Shown here piece after piece: positions 18,290 through 32,400 of a stretch of DNA of 64,000 nucleotides. The DNA is taken from the NCBI GenBank assembly GCA_965112735.1, contig OZ218957.1:1612001-1676000 (forward strand), in the 5' to 3' direction. Origin of the DNA: Phaeosaccion multiseriatum (taxonomy: Eukaryota; Protista; Ochrophyta, other classes). How positions within the stretch are numbered: the stretch's first letter is position 1; the number at the start of each line of letters is the position of its first letter. A program made the position numbers and the translations under genes. The notes under the pieces are model-generated. The model was not told the DNA's origin. It saw nothing but the letters and a program-made list of their open reading frames with translations, and searched no databases.

Positions 18290-19234
18290 CCAGCGCTTGC
18301 TTTGGGTCTGTAGCCGAAGACCCTCATCTTGACCGCTTTGGGTCTGTAGCCAAAGACCCTCATCTTGACCGCTTTGGGTCTGTAGCCGAAGACCCTCATC
18401 TTGACCGCTTTGGGCCCGTAGCCGAAGACCCTCGTCTTGACCGCTTTGGGTCTGCAGCCGAAGACCCTCATCTTGACCGCTTTGGGTCTGTAGCCGAAGA
18501 CCCTCATCTTGACCGCTGTGAGTCAGAAGCCGAAGACCCTCATCTTGACCGCTTTGAGTCTGTACCCGAAGACGCTCATCTTGACCGCTTTGAGTCAGAA
18601 GCCGAAGACCCTCATCTTGCCCGCTTTGAGTGTGTAGCCGAAGACGCTCATCTTGACCGCTTTGAGTCAGAAGCCGAAGACCCTCATCTTGCCCGCTTTG
18701 AGTCTGTAGCCGAAGACCCTCATCTTGACCGCTTTGGGTCTGTAGCCGAAGACCCTCATCTTGACCGCTGTGAGTCAGAAGCCGAAGACCCTCATCTTGA
18801 CCGCTTTGAGTCTGTACCCGAAGACCCTCATCTTGACCGCTTTGAGTCAGAAGCCGAAGACCCTCATCTTGCCCGCTTTGAGTGTGTAGCCGAAGACGCT
18901 CATCTTGACCGCTTTGAGTCAGAAGCCGAAGACCCTCATCTTGCCCGCTTTGAGTCTGTAGCCGAAGACCCTCATCTTGACCGCTTTGAGTCTGTAGCCG
19001 AAGACCCTCATCTTGACCGCTTTGAGTCAGAAGCCGAAGACCCTCATCTTGACCGCTTTGAGTCTGTAGCCGAAGACCCTCATCTTGACCGCTGTGAGTC
19101 AGAAGCCGAAGACCCTCATCTTGCCCGCTTTGAGTCTGTGGCCGAAGACCCTCATCTTGACCGCTTTGAGTCAGAAGCCGAAGACCCTCATCTTGACCGC
19201 TCTGAATCAGAAGCCGAAGACCCTCATCTTGACC
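18290..19234. repeat. 36-bp minisatellite, ~26 units
   Basis: Unit GCCGAAGACCCTCATCTTGACCGCTTTGAGTCTGTA with variants and a 7-unit higher-order duplication. Confidence 0.95.
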
Positions 19235-21451
19235 GTATCGGTGTCCTCCTCCCCACAGTGCAGCGTGAAGAGCCCCCTGCTGCCCTTGAGCTCGTCCATC
19301 TCCCACTCGCCGCAGAAGCTGTCTCCGTTGGGCCGCGTCACCTGGCCAGGCCCGTGCTTGCGGCCTTTGCACAGAGGAAGTCAGCGGGATGGGTGGGTGA
19401 TGTGGGTGGGTGGGTGGGTGGGTGGATGGGTGGGTGGATGGGTGGGTGGATGGGTGGGTGAGTCAAGGCGAAGCGAAAGGTGCAGAGTTTGCACTCATCG
19501 ATGGGGGCCATAGATGTCACCCCATACCCACCCACGCACCCACGCACTCATCCACGCACCCACTCACGCACCCACCCATGCACGCACCCATGCACACACC
19601 CACGCACCTACGCACGCACGCACGCACGCACGCACGCACCAGTACCCGCTTACCTCTGAGGAAGAGGCCTGACCAGATCTCCCCATCGGGGCCAACGAGT
19701 GTGCCCTTGCCGTGCTGCACATTGTCCGCCCACTCTCCATAATACTGAGAGCCGTCCTGGTGTGCGTGTGGGGAGGGAGGGATGAACGAATGTGTAAGTC
19801 CCTTCTCATGTTCCCCTTCCCCTCCCTTCCCCTCCCCTCCCCTCCCTCCTCACCTTCCAGCGAATGATGCCTCTCCCGTGCTTCCTCTCCTTATTGAAGT
19901 CTCCCTTGTAGAGTGATCCGTCCTTCATCCTGAGTATCCCCTGACCGTGGCGAATGCCGTCTTCCCAGCGTCCTTCATAGACCATTCCCCCCTCCCCGGA
20001 GGACGGCTGGCGGTACCAGTAAGTGCCTTGGCCCTGGCGGATACCTTTGGAGGGAGGGGAGCGAGCGAGGGAGGGAGGGAGGGAGAGGCAGATAGAGAGA
20101 GAGGGGAACGTCAAGGAGAAGAGAACGAAGCGAATGTGATGGAGGCAGTCACAGGGGTGATGTGCGTGTGTACAGACGTTGAGTGGCCACAAGTGCGCAA
20201 GGGGGATGAATGAGAGAGAGAGAGAGAGAGAGAGAGAGGAAGGCATTGGACCGAATGACAGGTAGAGAGAGAGGAAGGCAATGGATGAAGTGAGCGAATA
20301 CTTGATGCTTCATGCTTGATGCTTGATGGTTAATGGTTAATGTTAATGGTTAATGAGGTCTCCCGCTCACATCACACCTCCATCCCCATCCCGACGCCCT
20401 CACCCTCTTACCATTGACCCACTCCCCCTCGTACACCTCTGTGAGCAAGGGCAAGTCGGGAGCAATCTGCAGCCTGCCGAAGCCGTTGATGCGATCGTCC
20501 ACCCAGTGCCCTGCAAAAGGAGGGGAGGGGAGGAGGAGCGGCCCTTTGAGTTGGAAGAGCAAAATGCAAGGACAAAAGAGCAAAAGGACGAGGACGGGAC
20601 GACCAAATCTTGTCTGTCTCCCCTTCTCCTCCCTCCCTCCTCTCTCCCTCTCTTTCTCTCCCTCCCTCCCTCTTACCTGTGTATATGTTGCCATCGTTAT
20701 ACCAGAAGGTCCCCTGCCCATTCCTCCTCCCTTGAACGAAGCTTCCCACGTAGCGTTCCCCACTGCGGTAAGTGAATGCTCCTTTGCCTTCAATGGCTCC
20801 GAGAACAAAGTCTCCCATGTACTCGTCTCCGGTGATCCAGGTGTACTTGCCTACATCATTGGGGGGGGGGGGGGGAGGGAGGGAGGGAGGGAGAGAGAGG
20901 AGGGAGGGAGGGAGAGAGAGAGAGGAGGGAGGGAGAGAGGGGGGGAGTGAGGGAGGGAGGGAGAGAGGGAGGGAGGGAGGGAGGGAGGGAGGGAGAGAGG
21001 GAGGGAGGGGGGGAGGGAGAGAAAGAGCGAACGAGTGAGTGAGTGAGTGAAGAAGAAAGAGGAAGAGAGCGAGGCACGTGCCGTCCTCCATACCTTTCCC
21101 ATGCTTGGTATTGGTCTTGAACTGTCCCACGTATTTGTCTCCCCCCTTGTAGTGCAGCACACCCTTGCCGTGTGCTTGTCCTGCCTCCCACATGCCGTCA
21201 AGCTTTGCTCCAGAGGGCCACACGAAAACGCCACGACCGTGCATCATGTCGCCCTTCCATGACCCTGTGGGGAGGAGAGGGAGGGAGGGAGGGAGGGAGG
21301 GAGGGAGGGAGGGAGGGAGGGAGGGAGGGAGGGCGGGTGGGGAGGGAGACGGAGGGAGGGGGGGAGACGGAGGGAGGGAGAGGAGCACGAAGACGGCGTC
21401 GGCGAAACCCGGAGCAAACCACACAGAGAACACACACCCAAAACACACACA

Positions 21452-21493
<42 letters not shown>

Positions 21494-22830
21494 CACACAC
21501 AACACACACACACATACACACACACACACAACACACACACAACATACAACACACAGAGCCTTCCTTTGCCGTACCTGCGTAGGAGAAACCCCTGCACTTG
21601 CTGCGGTACACGCCCTGCCCGTGCGCCTTGTTGTGTTGGAAGTCTCCATCGTACACGTCCCCACCGGGGAAGTAGTAGCGCCCTGCACGGATGGATAGCA
21701 GGGGATGACAAGGGATGGCAATGGATGGCAAGGGATGACAGGGGATGGCAATGGATGGCAAGTGATGGCAGAGAATGGTCGAAGATATCGGTGGATATGG
21801 GAAGGAAGGCAGTGGATGAGGGAAGGAAGGCAGTGGGTGGCAGTGGATGAGGTTCGGATGAGATTGGGGTCGGGTTGCCTCGAACGACAAGCGAGAGCTT
21901 TTGATTCAAGCCCCCCCTCCCCTCCCCACTCACCTCCCTCCCTCCCTCTCTCCCCTCTCGCCCTCCCTCTCTCGCTCCCTCCCTTCCTCCCTTCCTTCCT
22001 CCCTCCCTCTCTCCCTCCCCGCCTTCCTCACTCACTTACTCACTCACCGTATCCGTGCTTCTCGCCGCACCTCCACATGCCTGCATATCTGTCCTGGCCC
22101 ATGAGGAACACCCCAAAGCCGTGGTGCATGTCCCTGAGCCACTGGCCCGCGAAACGGCTGCCGTTGGTGTAGGCGCACACTCCTCGTCCACAACGCATGT
22201 CAGCTTCAAAGTATCCTTTGTACTTCTCGCCTGTTATATGAGAGAGGGGAGAAGGGAGGGGAGGGGAGGGGAGGGGGGCGAGGGGAGGAGAGGGTCAAGA
22301 CTAGCGCACACACATACACATACACACATACATACATACACACACACACATACACACATACACACACGCACACACGTGCTGCACATGCACATAAGCACGC
22401 ACGCACCGAGGGGAGGGGAGGGGGGCGAGGGGAGGAGAGGTCAAGACTAGCGCACACACATACACATACACACATACATACATACACACACACACATACA
22501 CACACACGCACACACGTGCTGCACATGCACATAAGCACGCACGCACCGTTTGCGTAGGCCACGACCCCGAGGCCCTGTGCTTGGCCCCTCAGAGTGTGAC
22601 CGAGGAACTTGTCGCCGTTCTTGCGGCTGTACAGCCCCAGGCCTGGCCAGGGGATGGCAGTACGTGGATGGCAGTAGATGGATGGCAGTGGATGGATGAC
22701 AGGGGGTGGGGTGGGATGGGATGTCAATTGATGGATGGGAGGGGAGGGGAGGGGAGGGGAGGGGAGGGGCGGATGGCAGTGGATGGCAGTGTAGGGCAGG
22801 GGAATGGGGAAGGCCCCATCCACACACCAT

Positions 22831-22865
<35 letters not shown>

Positions 22866-23364
22866 CGGACGCACACCCCCACCCACCTTCCGGCCTCCCC
22901 TGGTGGAAGCCCCCCTCATAAGCATCTCCATTCTCGCTCGTGAGTCTGCCCACGCCGTGCTGCCTCCCCTCTCTCCACTGTCCCACATAGCTCTCTCCGT
23001 TGGGGTGCGTGAGGACGCCGAGCCCCTCCCTTGGTAATTAGAGGCGTATGGGGAGGGTTAGAGCAGGTTAGAGGCCTATGGGGAAGCTTAGAGGCGGGTT
23101 AGCGGCATATGGGGCACTTGTGTGTTGTTTTTACCTCTTGTTGTCTCTCCACTCGCCGATGTATTCCCTCCCGTTCCAGCTGCAGAAGATGCCCATGCCC
23201 TCCCTGATTGAGCGATTGATTGATTGATTGATTGATTGAGATATAATATGTATATACAGAGAGGGACAGATGGATGGATGGATGGATGGATGGATAGATA
23301 GATAGATAGATAGATAGATGGATAGATAGATAGGTAGATAGATAGATAGATGGATAGATAGATG

Positions 23365-23456
<92 letters not shown>

Positions 23457-23800
23457 CATACGTACATATATGGATGGATGGATGGATAGAAAATGAGATG
23501 GAGGACGTGTGTGGAGAAAGGAAGGGGGCATTGCTGCCTAGGCAACTCCTCGAAGCTGCTGCTAGTGTATCACCAACTGCTGCTGTGCTGTGTCGGGAAA
23601 ACCCAAATTGCCTCTGTATCTCTCTCTCTCTTTATCTCTCTTTTTTTCACACACACTTACCGTTTGTTGTCGTGCCAGCCCCCACTGTAAGTGTCTCCCC
23701 TGGGCCAAGTGAGCGTGCCCTGTCCATTGAATCTCCCATTGACGAAGGCGCCCCTCTGAGCGGCCCCACTCGGGTATTTCTTGCGCCGTACGCCGTCGGT
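19207..23800 (-). CDS. MORN-repeat protein, multi-exon 3' part
   Basis: Exons with [70 protein letters not shown] etc. The last exon ends [13 protein letters not shown] (19207-19209). Confidence 0.88.
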
Positions 23801-23806
23801 CTACGG

Positions 23807-23914
<108 letters not shown>

Positions 23915-24106
23915 GTGTGTGTGTGTGTTGGTGGGTGGGTGGGTAGGTGGGTGGACGAGTGGGTAGGTGAATCGTGATCGTACAAACTGAAACGTGAGTT
24001 GAAACATGACCCAATTATATACCCCAAGCACCCCCTTACACCCGAACCCCTCAGATCCAGGGCACCACCCAACGACACCCAATGACACCCAATGACACCC
24101 ACACAC

Positions 24107-27100
24107 CTTGGGATAGAGCCTCTCGATGATGTCGTGAGTGGAGGGGCGGACGTAAACGTGGTACATGGGGCACAGCTCTCCCTCACTGCAGCCCTCAGAC
24201 GAGCAGCCCAGAGTGGGGGAGGAGGGGGAAGAGGAGGAGGAGGAGTGGGACAGAGCTGCCGCCAGGGCAGAGGGGCACACGACCACTTCGAACATGGAGC
24301 GAGAGGCCTTAGGGTGCCATCCATGGATGAGTTGCAGCCAGGAGGGGAGGGGAAGGGAAGGGGAAGGGGAAGGGGTGGGGAGAGAGGGGTTGGGGGGGGG
24401 GGTGGGAGTTCAAACACGCTAACAGGATTGGCGGAGGGTAAGTGAGCAAAGATGTAACGCATTCGCGCGCACTCTATCCCTCCTTCCTTCCCTCCCTCCC
24501 TCCCTCCCTCCCTCCCTCCCTCCCTCCCTCCCTCCCTCCCTCCCTCCCTCCCTCCCTCCCTCCCTCCCTCCCTCCCTCCCTCCCTCCCTCCCTCCCTCCC
24601 TCCCTCCCTCCCTCCCTCCCTCCCTCCCTCCCTCCCTCCCTTCCTTCCTCCCTTCCTCCCCCACTCACTCACTCATTCCCTTTCTCACCCCTTCAATCCT
24701 TGTGGGAACGGCCTTGTCCCTTATGCCGGGGTGTGCAAGAGGGCATGTGGTCAGAGTGCACGTGCCTTCGGTGAAGCGGTGGCACACACGCAGCTTGCCT
24801 CCTGGGGGAGGAGGAGGGGGAGAGGGGGAGAGAGGGGGGGGGTGGGAGGGAAGTATGAGCGGATGAAACGCCAAAACCACTGCTTCTTCACTGCCTCACA
24901 ATCTACCTACCCACCTGGCACGAGTGGCGGACGCTTTGACGCATGAGAAGCTTGGGCAAGGGTGAGTGTGTCCCCACTGCTCACGCCGTTGCTGTCCGAC
25001 GACGATGAGGAGGACATGTGGAGGGACAGCTGTTGATGTTGGCGTTTGGTGATCGAACGGAAGGAAAAGGAAGGGAAGGGAAAGGAAGAGAAGGGAAGGG
25101 AAGGGAAGGGAAGGGAAAGGAAGCAAAGGGAAGGGAAAGGAAGGGAAGGGAGCAGGAGGAGGAGCGAAGAAGACGGAGTCGCGGAGGGAAGGAGGGGAGG
25201 AGGGGCACGTGAGAGCATATTTAGCAGCGATACAAAGAAGGAGAGGAGAGGAGGTGAGAGAGGAGAGGAGGTGAGAGAGGAGAGGAGGTGAGAGAGGAGA
25301 GGAGAGGAGAGGAGAGGAGAGGAGAGGAGACGCTTCGCTACTGTCCCGAGCGATCTCCATGCTCACGCACGCACTCACAGTGGCGTGTCCCCGGGGCGGC
25401 TTCTTCATCTTCCCGAGGCGAGTTCTGAGGAGGGAGGGAGGAAGGAAGTGAGGACACCAGCTGAGTTAACCTCGCAGTAACTAGCACCGCGGGCAGCGTG
25501 TGTATCCCGAGGTGGCCTTCCTTCCTTCCTTCTCTCTCTCTCTTAAGGTAGACTTCTTCCCTTCGTGAATGCACAACTTCCCATGCTGGTGACGGTTTCG
25601 CCCCATTCCACGCCCCATTGAATGCTCCCTCTTCCTCCCTCTCTCCGCCACTCACTCACTCTCCTGGTCTCTCTTGCTCTCTGTCTTTCTTTCTCTCTCT
25701 CTGTCTCAGTGTCTGTGTTTCTTTCATTCTCTCTCTCTCGTTGTCTTCCCGTTCCTCCGTCTCTCTGTCTCTCTCCCACTCATCCTAACACACTCACTCA
25801 CACAAACACACACACAAGACACACACATACACACACCTCTTGCTCAAGCCTTCCTCCCCGCTCTGCAAGCACTGCCCGCCAGCACCGCCCCCGCTGCTGC
25901 CCTTCCCCTCCTCCTCCCACTCGTCCTGCTGCCCCCACTCCGCCTCGTCTTCGTCTTCACTCCGTCCTCCATCCTCCTTTTCCTCCTCTACCGCCTTCCC
26001 CATTGAATTGCACTTGAACTCCCCAAGCGAGAACTGCGAGGGGTGCCATTATGTGGGAGGGAGGGAGGGAGGGAGGGAGGGAGGGAGGGAGGGAGGCAGG
26101 CAGGGAGGGAGAAGGGTCAGAGCCAGAGTCAGGGTCAGGGTCAGGATCAGGGTCAAGGTCAGGGTCAGGGTCAGGGTCAGGGTCAGGGTCAGGGTCAGGG
26201 TCAGGGTCAGGGTCAGGGTCAGGGTCAAGGTCAGGGTCAGGGTCAGAGTCAGGGTCAGGTTCAGCGCCAGCGTCAGAGTAAAGGTCAGGGGCCAAAGTCG
26301 CGGCCGGGATCAGGGTTCGGAAAGGATGTGTTACCTGGAATGGAACGCCAGGATCTTCCTCTTCCTCTTCCTCTTCCTCTTCCTCCTCGTCCCCCTCCTC
26401 CGCCTCGTCCGCTCCCACCCCCTCCTCCGCCCTGCGCCGCCGCTCCTCCCTCCGTTCCTCCCTCCGCTCCTCCCTCCTCCTCTCCCTCGCCTCCTCTGCC
26501 TCGCTCCTAAGCCTTGCTTGCATAAGCATACTCTTGAGACGGGACTGGAGAATGTCTTGGAGCTTTTCTCCCCCTGGGCCCAGCTGTCATGAGGATGGCA
26601 GGGGATGGCAGGGGATGGCAGGGGATGGTCATCAGGGGATGGCAGGGGATGGTCATCAGAGGATGGCAGGGGATGGTCATCAGGGGATGGCAGGGGACGG
26701 TCATCAGGGGATGGCAGGGGATGGTCATCAGAGGATGCCAGGGGATGGTCATCAAGGGATGCCAGGGGATGGTCACCAGAGGATGCCAGGGGATGGTCAT
26801 CAAAGGATGGCAGGGGATGGGAGGGATGCGATGAGGGATACAGGGGTGCGTGGGTGCGTGCGTGGAGTGACAAACGCACCTGATTATCGCAGACGGGGCA
26901 CTGGGGGAAGGTCATGGCGGCGTTTTTGGCCTCACAGGCAGGGCAGTACCATGGGTGGGCAATCAGGCGGTGCGTCTAACAGGGGGCGGAGGGGGAGGGG
27001 AGGGAGAGTCAGAGAGTTAACGAGAATTAGACATCAGGGCTCTCCATATACCGTGATGCACTCACCCACGCACCCACGCACCCACGCACCCCCGCCCCAC

Positions 27101-28549
27101 GCACCCACGCACGCACCCACGCACGCACGCACATATACCCACACCCACGCACCCACACTGCACCTGAAACTCCGCCCGAGATTTGAAGGCTTTGCGACAC
27201 GGCTTGTCGGAAGGGCTGGTGAACGGGTGGGGCCACGGGTCCCACAGGCAGGTGAGCGAGGCGGCGAAGGGGGGGGGCGGCTGCCACAACGTGTGCTTCG
27301 AGCTCTCTTCTAGGTACCTAGGGAGTGAGGGGGGGAGGGAGGGTGGGTGGGGGGGTGAGAGTCAATGGCACACTTAAGGTTTGAGAATCGCTCCATGGCG
27401 TCTAGCTCTCTCCCTCACTCTACGTTTCTCTCTCTCTCTCTCTCCCTCTTCCCTCGTGCTCTCTCCCTTTCCCTCTCTCCCTCCCACTCCCTCTCTCTCA
27501 AGCATGATGTCCCCCCCCCTCCCCCTCCCCTCCCTTCGCCTCTTCGCTTGCTGATGCGGGTCCTACCAGAAGCTGTTTGTGTCCGGGTCGAACAGTTCTG
27601 TCCAGCCTCCCTGAGGAGGAGAGGGACGACAGTGGATTGGGGGGGGGGGGGGGCTTGCTTTTGGTTTATGCTCACTCCAATGGGCATGATAGAACACACA
27701 CAGAGCGAGAGAGAAACAGACAGAACCATATGGGGAGACAACACATAGGCATGTGGGACACACACACACTCACATACAGACAGGCAGACAGACAGACAGA
27801 CAGACACGCACACACACACACACACTCACACCAACTACACACACACCCATACCCACGCACACACACACACACACACACACACAACCGGCCCCGATCCAAC
27901 CCTTGGCTCTACCTGCGTGTCCACGACCCTGGATCGCTCCTTCATGAGTCTCAGTCCGTAGAGGCTCGGCACCACACGCAGACGGTCCCAGCGCCGGTCT
28001 CGCGCTCGAGCCCTCCCCATCAGTCCACGAAGGTGCCGCTGGATGACGGTGGCGGCCAGCATCTGGGCCCGCCTGGGGGGGGGAGGCGGGAGGGGCAGGG
28101 AGAGGGGGCGGGGGGGGGGGGGAGGGGTTGAGGGTTCTTTCTCTCTCTCTCTCTCTCTCTGTTGTGGAAGTGACAGGTCCTCCAAGAGTGAGCCTGGTCC
28201 AAGAGTTTGTTTTTTTGTTTGTGGAGGAGGGAGGGAGGGTGGGAGGGTACAGGGAGAAGACGCCCAAAAAGAGGCCAAAACGCACGCTCTCCTCCCCCAC
28301 GCATACACCCACCCACACGCGCCCACACACGCACCCACAACCCCTACCTGTCGGCGGCGATCTGCCTCCCAACCCATCCGCGGAACACTGCTTGGATATG
28401 CACGGCAGCGTCTTGCTTTCGCTTCTCTTCGGCCGCCTTGAGATACCCGATGAATTGCATCTGCGAGGAGTGGGAAGGACGGGAAGCAAAGGAGTATTGC
28501 CCGACGGGAGGAGGAGGTGTTCCAGGTACAGGTAAGGAGTGACGATCAT
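24107..28549 (-). CDS. Upstream exons with IQ motif and CCCH zinc finger, probably the 5' part of the MORN gene
   Basis: AATVIQRHLRGLMGR (IQ, ~28015-28060); CHRFTEGTCTLTTCPLAH (CCCH, ~24730-24785); coiled coil EEARERRREE. Same strand as the MORN exons. Linkage is inferred. Confidence 0.55.
26114..26260. repeat. (TCAGGG)n intronic hexamer repeat
   Basis: Directly visible. Confidence 0.9.
26592..26822. repeat. 24-bp intronic minisatellite (GGCAGGGGATGGTCATCAGAGGAT-like)
   Basis: Directly visible, about 8-9 units. Confidence 0.85.
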
Positions 28550-29454
28550 AAATGCTGCGTCAAGCCAATGTGAGGCAGTCAGCCAGTCAGTCTATCCTCT
28601 CGGCAAGGAAAGCGTCATGAATCGAGATGCATTCGGCGTCGTGGCCTGGGCGAAGGATGGCAGCGCCATTGCATCTACAGCCACCTAGTTCCTAGCCACC
28701 TAGTTCCTCCACTCTTTCTCCAAATGCCTCCGAGAGCCCCACAGGGGCACGTCAACTACTTGTACGGTCCACTTTTACAGCGCCTTCGTCACATCCTCTG
28801 CCCCGTACCTACCTTCTCAGTGCCTTCATCCTCAATCCACTGCCGCACTTCCCGCAGCCTCTGATCTGCTCTGATGACAACATCCTTTCTCGCAACGTAC
28901 AGCTCCATGCCGTACTAGCGAGAGTCCGCTCTCCACTTCTCTACTCCCTCTTGCTCAATTCCTTTCACCCTTCTCGCCTACTTTGGATTGACCTCGACTC
29001 ATTGCTGAGCATTTCTGCGGGCTTAAAATCGCCCTCAGCAGCTCAGCAGTCTCTGGGCATGTTCACAAGTAGGATCAAGGCCAAGAGAACAGCAGAGCAG
29101 AAGCAAAAAAAAAGAGCGCAGGCTCGCAGGGCGATACAGTTACAGTTTGAGTTCCCGCTGATTGCCTAAAATCGAGTACCTCTACTTGAAATTTAGAGGC
29201 CGTTCCTCGTTTCGAGCAGAAGGTATGTAAAACTTTCAGGGGAATAATTAAAGCTTTTTGAGCCCAGCAACACAGCAGTAGAGAGTAAATTGAGTGCTCA
29301 CCTCGCTCTCCTCCACCACCTTCTTCTCTTCTCAATTGATGCTGGTTTCTTCTCCCTCTCTCTGAGCTTTTCTGCCGACGTGGTGTTTTCCCCTTCTTCT
29401 TCGCTCGCTCTCTCCAAGGTTTACATGTAGGCTGCCTGCCGGGCTGTTAGAGGG

Positions 29455-32400
29455 ATGGTGATCGCTTCCTCCTCATTAAAGCAGAGTGGTAGTGCGGGAG
29501 GGATCAACCCAGCTTCTGTAGCTGGGGCACAGCCGCCACAGCAGCCGCAGCAAGCAGTATGGAGCCTGCAGGCAACGAGTGGGCTCCTAGAGGACATGAG
29601 ATCGCAGGCAACCAAGCTCGAGGAGGAATTTGGAAGCGACATAGAGGGGCTACTGGATGGGTTGGGGCTGGAAGAGGCAGGGGCATCCATGTCTACAAAG
29701 GAAATCGACGATCTCTTTGAAGACTTGGTCGATGGCTTGCACAATTGGAGACAGCAAGAGGAGGGGGACGAGGACGAGGAGCGGCAAGAGGAGGAGGAGC
29801 AGCAGCAGCCACCGCTGCCGCTATCTTTTAGTGAAGAAGTGGGGGGTTGGCTCGATGAGGGTGGGTGGCAGGGGAGCAGAGAGGACAGCGGAGAGCTGAG
29901 CTTAGACTGGGGCGGTGCCTCTCAAGACCAGGAAGATGAGAGGCAGCAGCAGCAACAAGGGGAGGGGGGGGAGCGAGGGCCAGAAGCCGGCGTTGGCTGG
30001 GCCGGCAATTCCTCCCCGCATGGAGCCGAACTTGACAAAGACGATGGGCGGTACACTGTTCAGGTTTTTGGGGCCGAAGAGCGACGGGGCACTACTCTGC
30101 AGACCATCGCCGCTGCTGCTAGCGACGCGATTGAGTCTGTGCCGACCGCAGCAGCTGACCAGGACATGAAGCAAGGAGGGTGGGTGGAGGAGGCAAATGG
30201 GGCGAGTGGGCTTGAGCCCGTACAGGCGTACCAGCCACAGGAGATGGTGATACAGCAACAGGAGGACCAAGAGCTCTCGCCAGGTGGTGACTGAGTGGGG
30301 TGGGGGCAGGGGCTGTGTTTTTTTGCAGTGAAGGGAGTAAGCGCTTCTTTCTGTGGGGACCCTCGGCATCTCTCTGTGTGTGTGCGTGCGTGCGTGTGTG
30401 TGTGTGTGTGTGTCAAAGGCTCGCTTCTGGTGGTGAACAAGCAAGATGCAGGCCAATCTGACGTACTGTGTGTGCGTGTGTGCGTGTGTGCGTGTGCTTG
30501 TATGTGTAACTGCCACGAACTCCATCGCAAGCAGGTGCAGAGTCCGAACAAGAGGGCGACGTCGACGGCGGCACAACGAACAAAGCTGACACAACAGCAA
30601 CGACGATGATGCTTGAGCTGGGCACAGCAGAGGTGGTGCTCCGGGGGGAGGGGGAGGAGTCGCAGCTTGGGACAGCAGGAGGGCAGGAGGAGGATAACGA
30701 GGGGAGCTCTCTTCCCCATGTCTCATCTGAAGTCAGCGAAGCGTTGGTGCCGGGGGAGGAGGACGTGCCGCTGGAGAGGGGCTCCCAAGAAGAAGGGCAA
30801 GAGGGGGGCGTAAGCTTCTCATCGTCGTCTACGCTACCTCCTTCTGCTGCTGCTGCTGGTGCTGCTGTTGCGTCAGCTGTATCACCAACTGGTGCTAGAG
30901 AGGCGGCCCCCCCGTCGATCAGTGCCGATGTCGGCCAGGATGGACAGGGGAGGGCCACCGCCCCCGCCGCGCGGTTTGAGGTGCCGGAGCAGGGAGAGGG
31001 AGAGAGAGGGGATGATTCGACTGCTGCTTTCGACCCAGAGGAGGGAGGAGAGACAGAGGTTCGCCTCACTGCTTCCTCTGCCTCCGCCTCAGTCTCCGCG
31101 GTGAGCACCATTGGCTCGTCACCGGCCATTATAGCAGCACAAGCACAGGAAGAAGGAGGGCTAGGCGATGTTACTGCTACTTCTACTGCCACCATTCCTA
31201 CCATCACCAGCACCCCGAAAGACGAAGGTGGACAACCAACAGCACCAGTGACAGCGGCAGTGGAAGGGGAAGTGAAGGTGGGAGGGGAAGTGGAGGAGGA
31301 AGTGGAAGAGGGTGAGGGTGTTAAGGATGCTGTCGACGCAGCAGTACGCCGGAGAAGGCCTGTGATGGACCTGACTAAGAAGGAGGAGAAGCGACGGAGA
31401 AGGGTGGAAGCTGCGATGACGGCGGCAGGAACGAACACGGGGACGAGTGTGAGACGACGCAAGAAGAAGAAGAAGCGGCGAAGGGCGAAGCTGGGAGGGA
31501 GGAGAGGAGGAGAGGAAGAAGGAGAAGGGGGGGAGGAGGAAGAAGAAGAAGAAGAGGACATGGTAAGAGTGAGTGGATTAGAGGAGGAGGAGAAGGAGGA
31601 GGAGGAGGAGGAGGAGGGGGAGGAGGATCTGACGCCTGCTTCAGATCCTGTGGTTGTGGCTGTGGCTGTGCGAAAGAGTGAGGCTGACAAGAGCGCCAAG
31701 GAGGGCGCGGGGGGGGGCAAGGCAGCACGAAAACGAAAGAAGAAGGCCCGAGCAAAGGCAGCTGGAGGAGGCGGAGGCTCAGTCACTTCAGTCGCTTCCG
31801 CCGCCGCTGCTGCTGCTGCAGCACCAACTGCTGCGGCTGCGGCGGCACGACTGTTCTCGGGCTCGTCCCTGCTGTCGAAGGGAGTCGAGGCCGGCAGCGA
31901 AACGTGTCTCTTTGTAGCGTTGAGTGCCGCGGGATGGCTGATTGCCTGTGCGCATCAGCTGGGCATCTGGAAAGACCTTCCGTCCTCCACACGCACCCTC
32001 TTGCTCCTACTGTGCCCGGCGCTGGTGCTGTGGAGCTATAACAGAGACCAAATGGCGAGGGTATTCATCATTCAGAAGCTCGCGGTGGAGACGTGGAAGA
32101 GGCCGCCCTCTCTGGTCCGCTATCAGGTGCGTGCGTGCGTGCGTGTGTGTAAAGGTGTGAAGATGGTGTATGTATGTGGGTGTGTGGCGTGTGTGTGTGG
32201 GGGGGGGGGGGGTGTATGTGTGCGTATGGTGTACGCGTCTTTAGGTGTGCGCGTGTGTATGTGGGTGTGTGGGTGTGGTGTGGGGTGTGTGGGTGCGTGG
32301 GTGGGTGTGTATATGTGTGCGTGTCGTACCGTATGCACTGGTTTGGGTGCCGGTTTGGAGGGTTGCAAGCAACCCTTCTTTGCTACCCACATCTGTGCCC

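Noticed and set aside
17906-19461. 488-aa and 391-aa repeat ORFs on opposite strands as genes
   Set aside because: Stop-free frames of the 36-bp minisatellite running into microsatellites; the frame fitting the MORN exon stops at 19207.
26114-26260. (TCAGGG)n as a telomere or interstitial telomeric site
   Set aside because: Short, intronic and one of many simple repeats; nothing else indicates a chromosome end.
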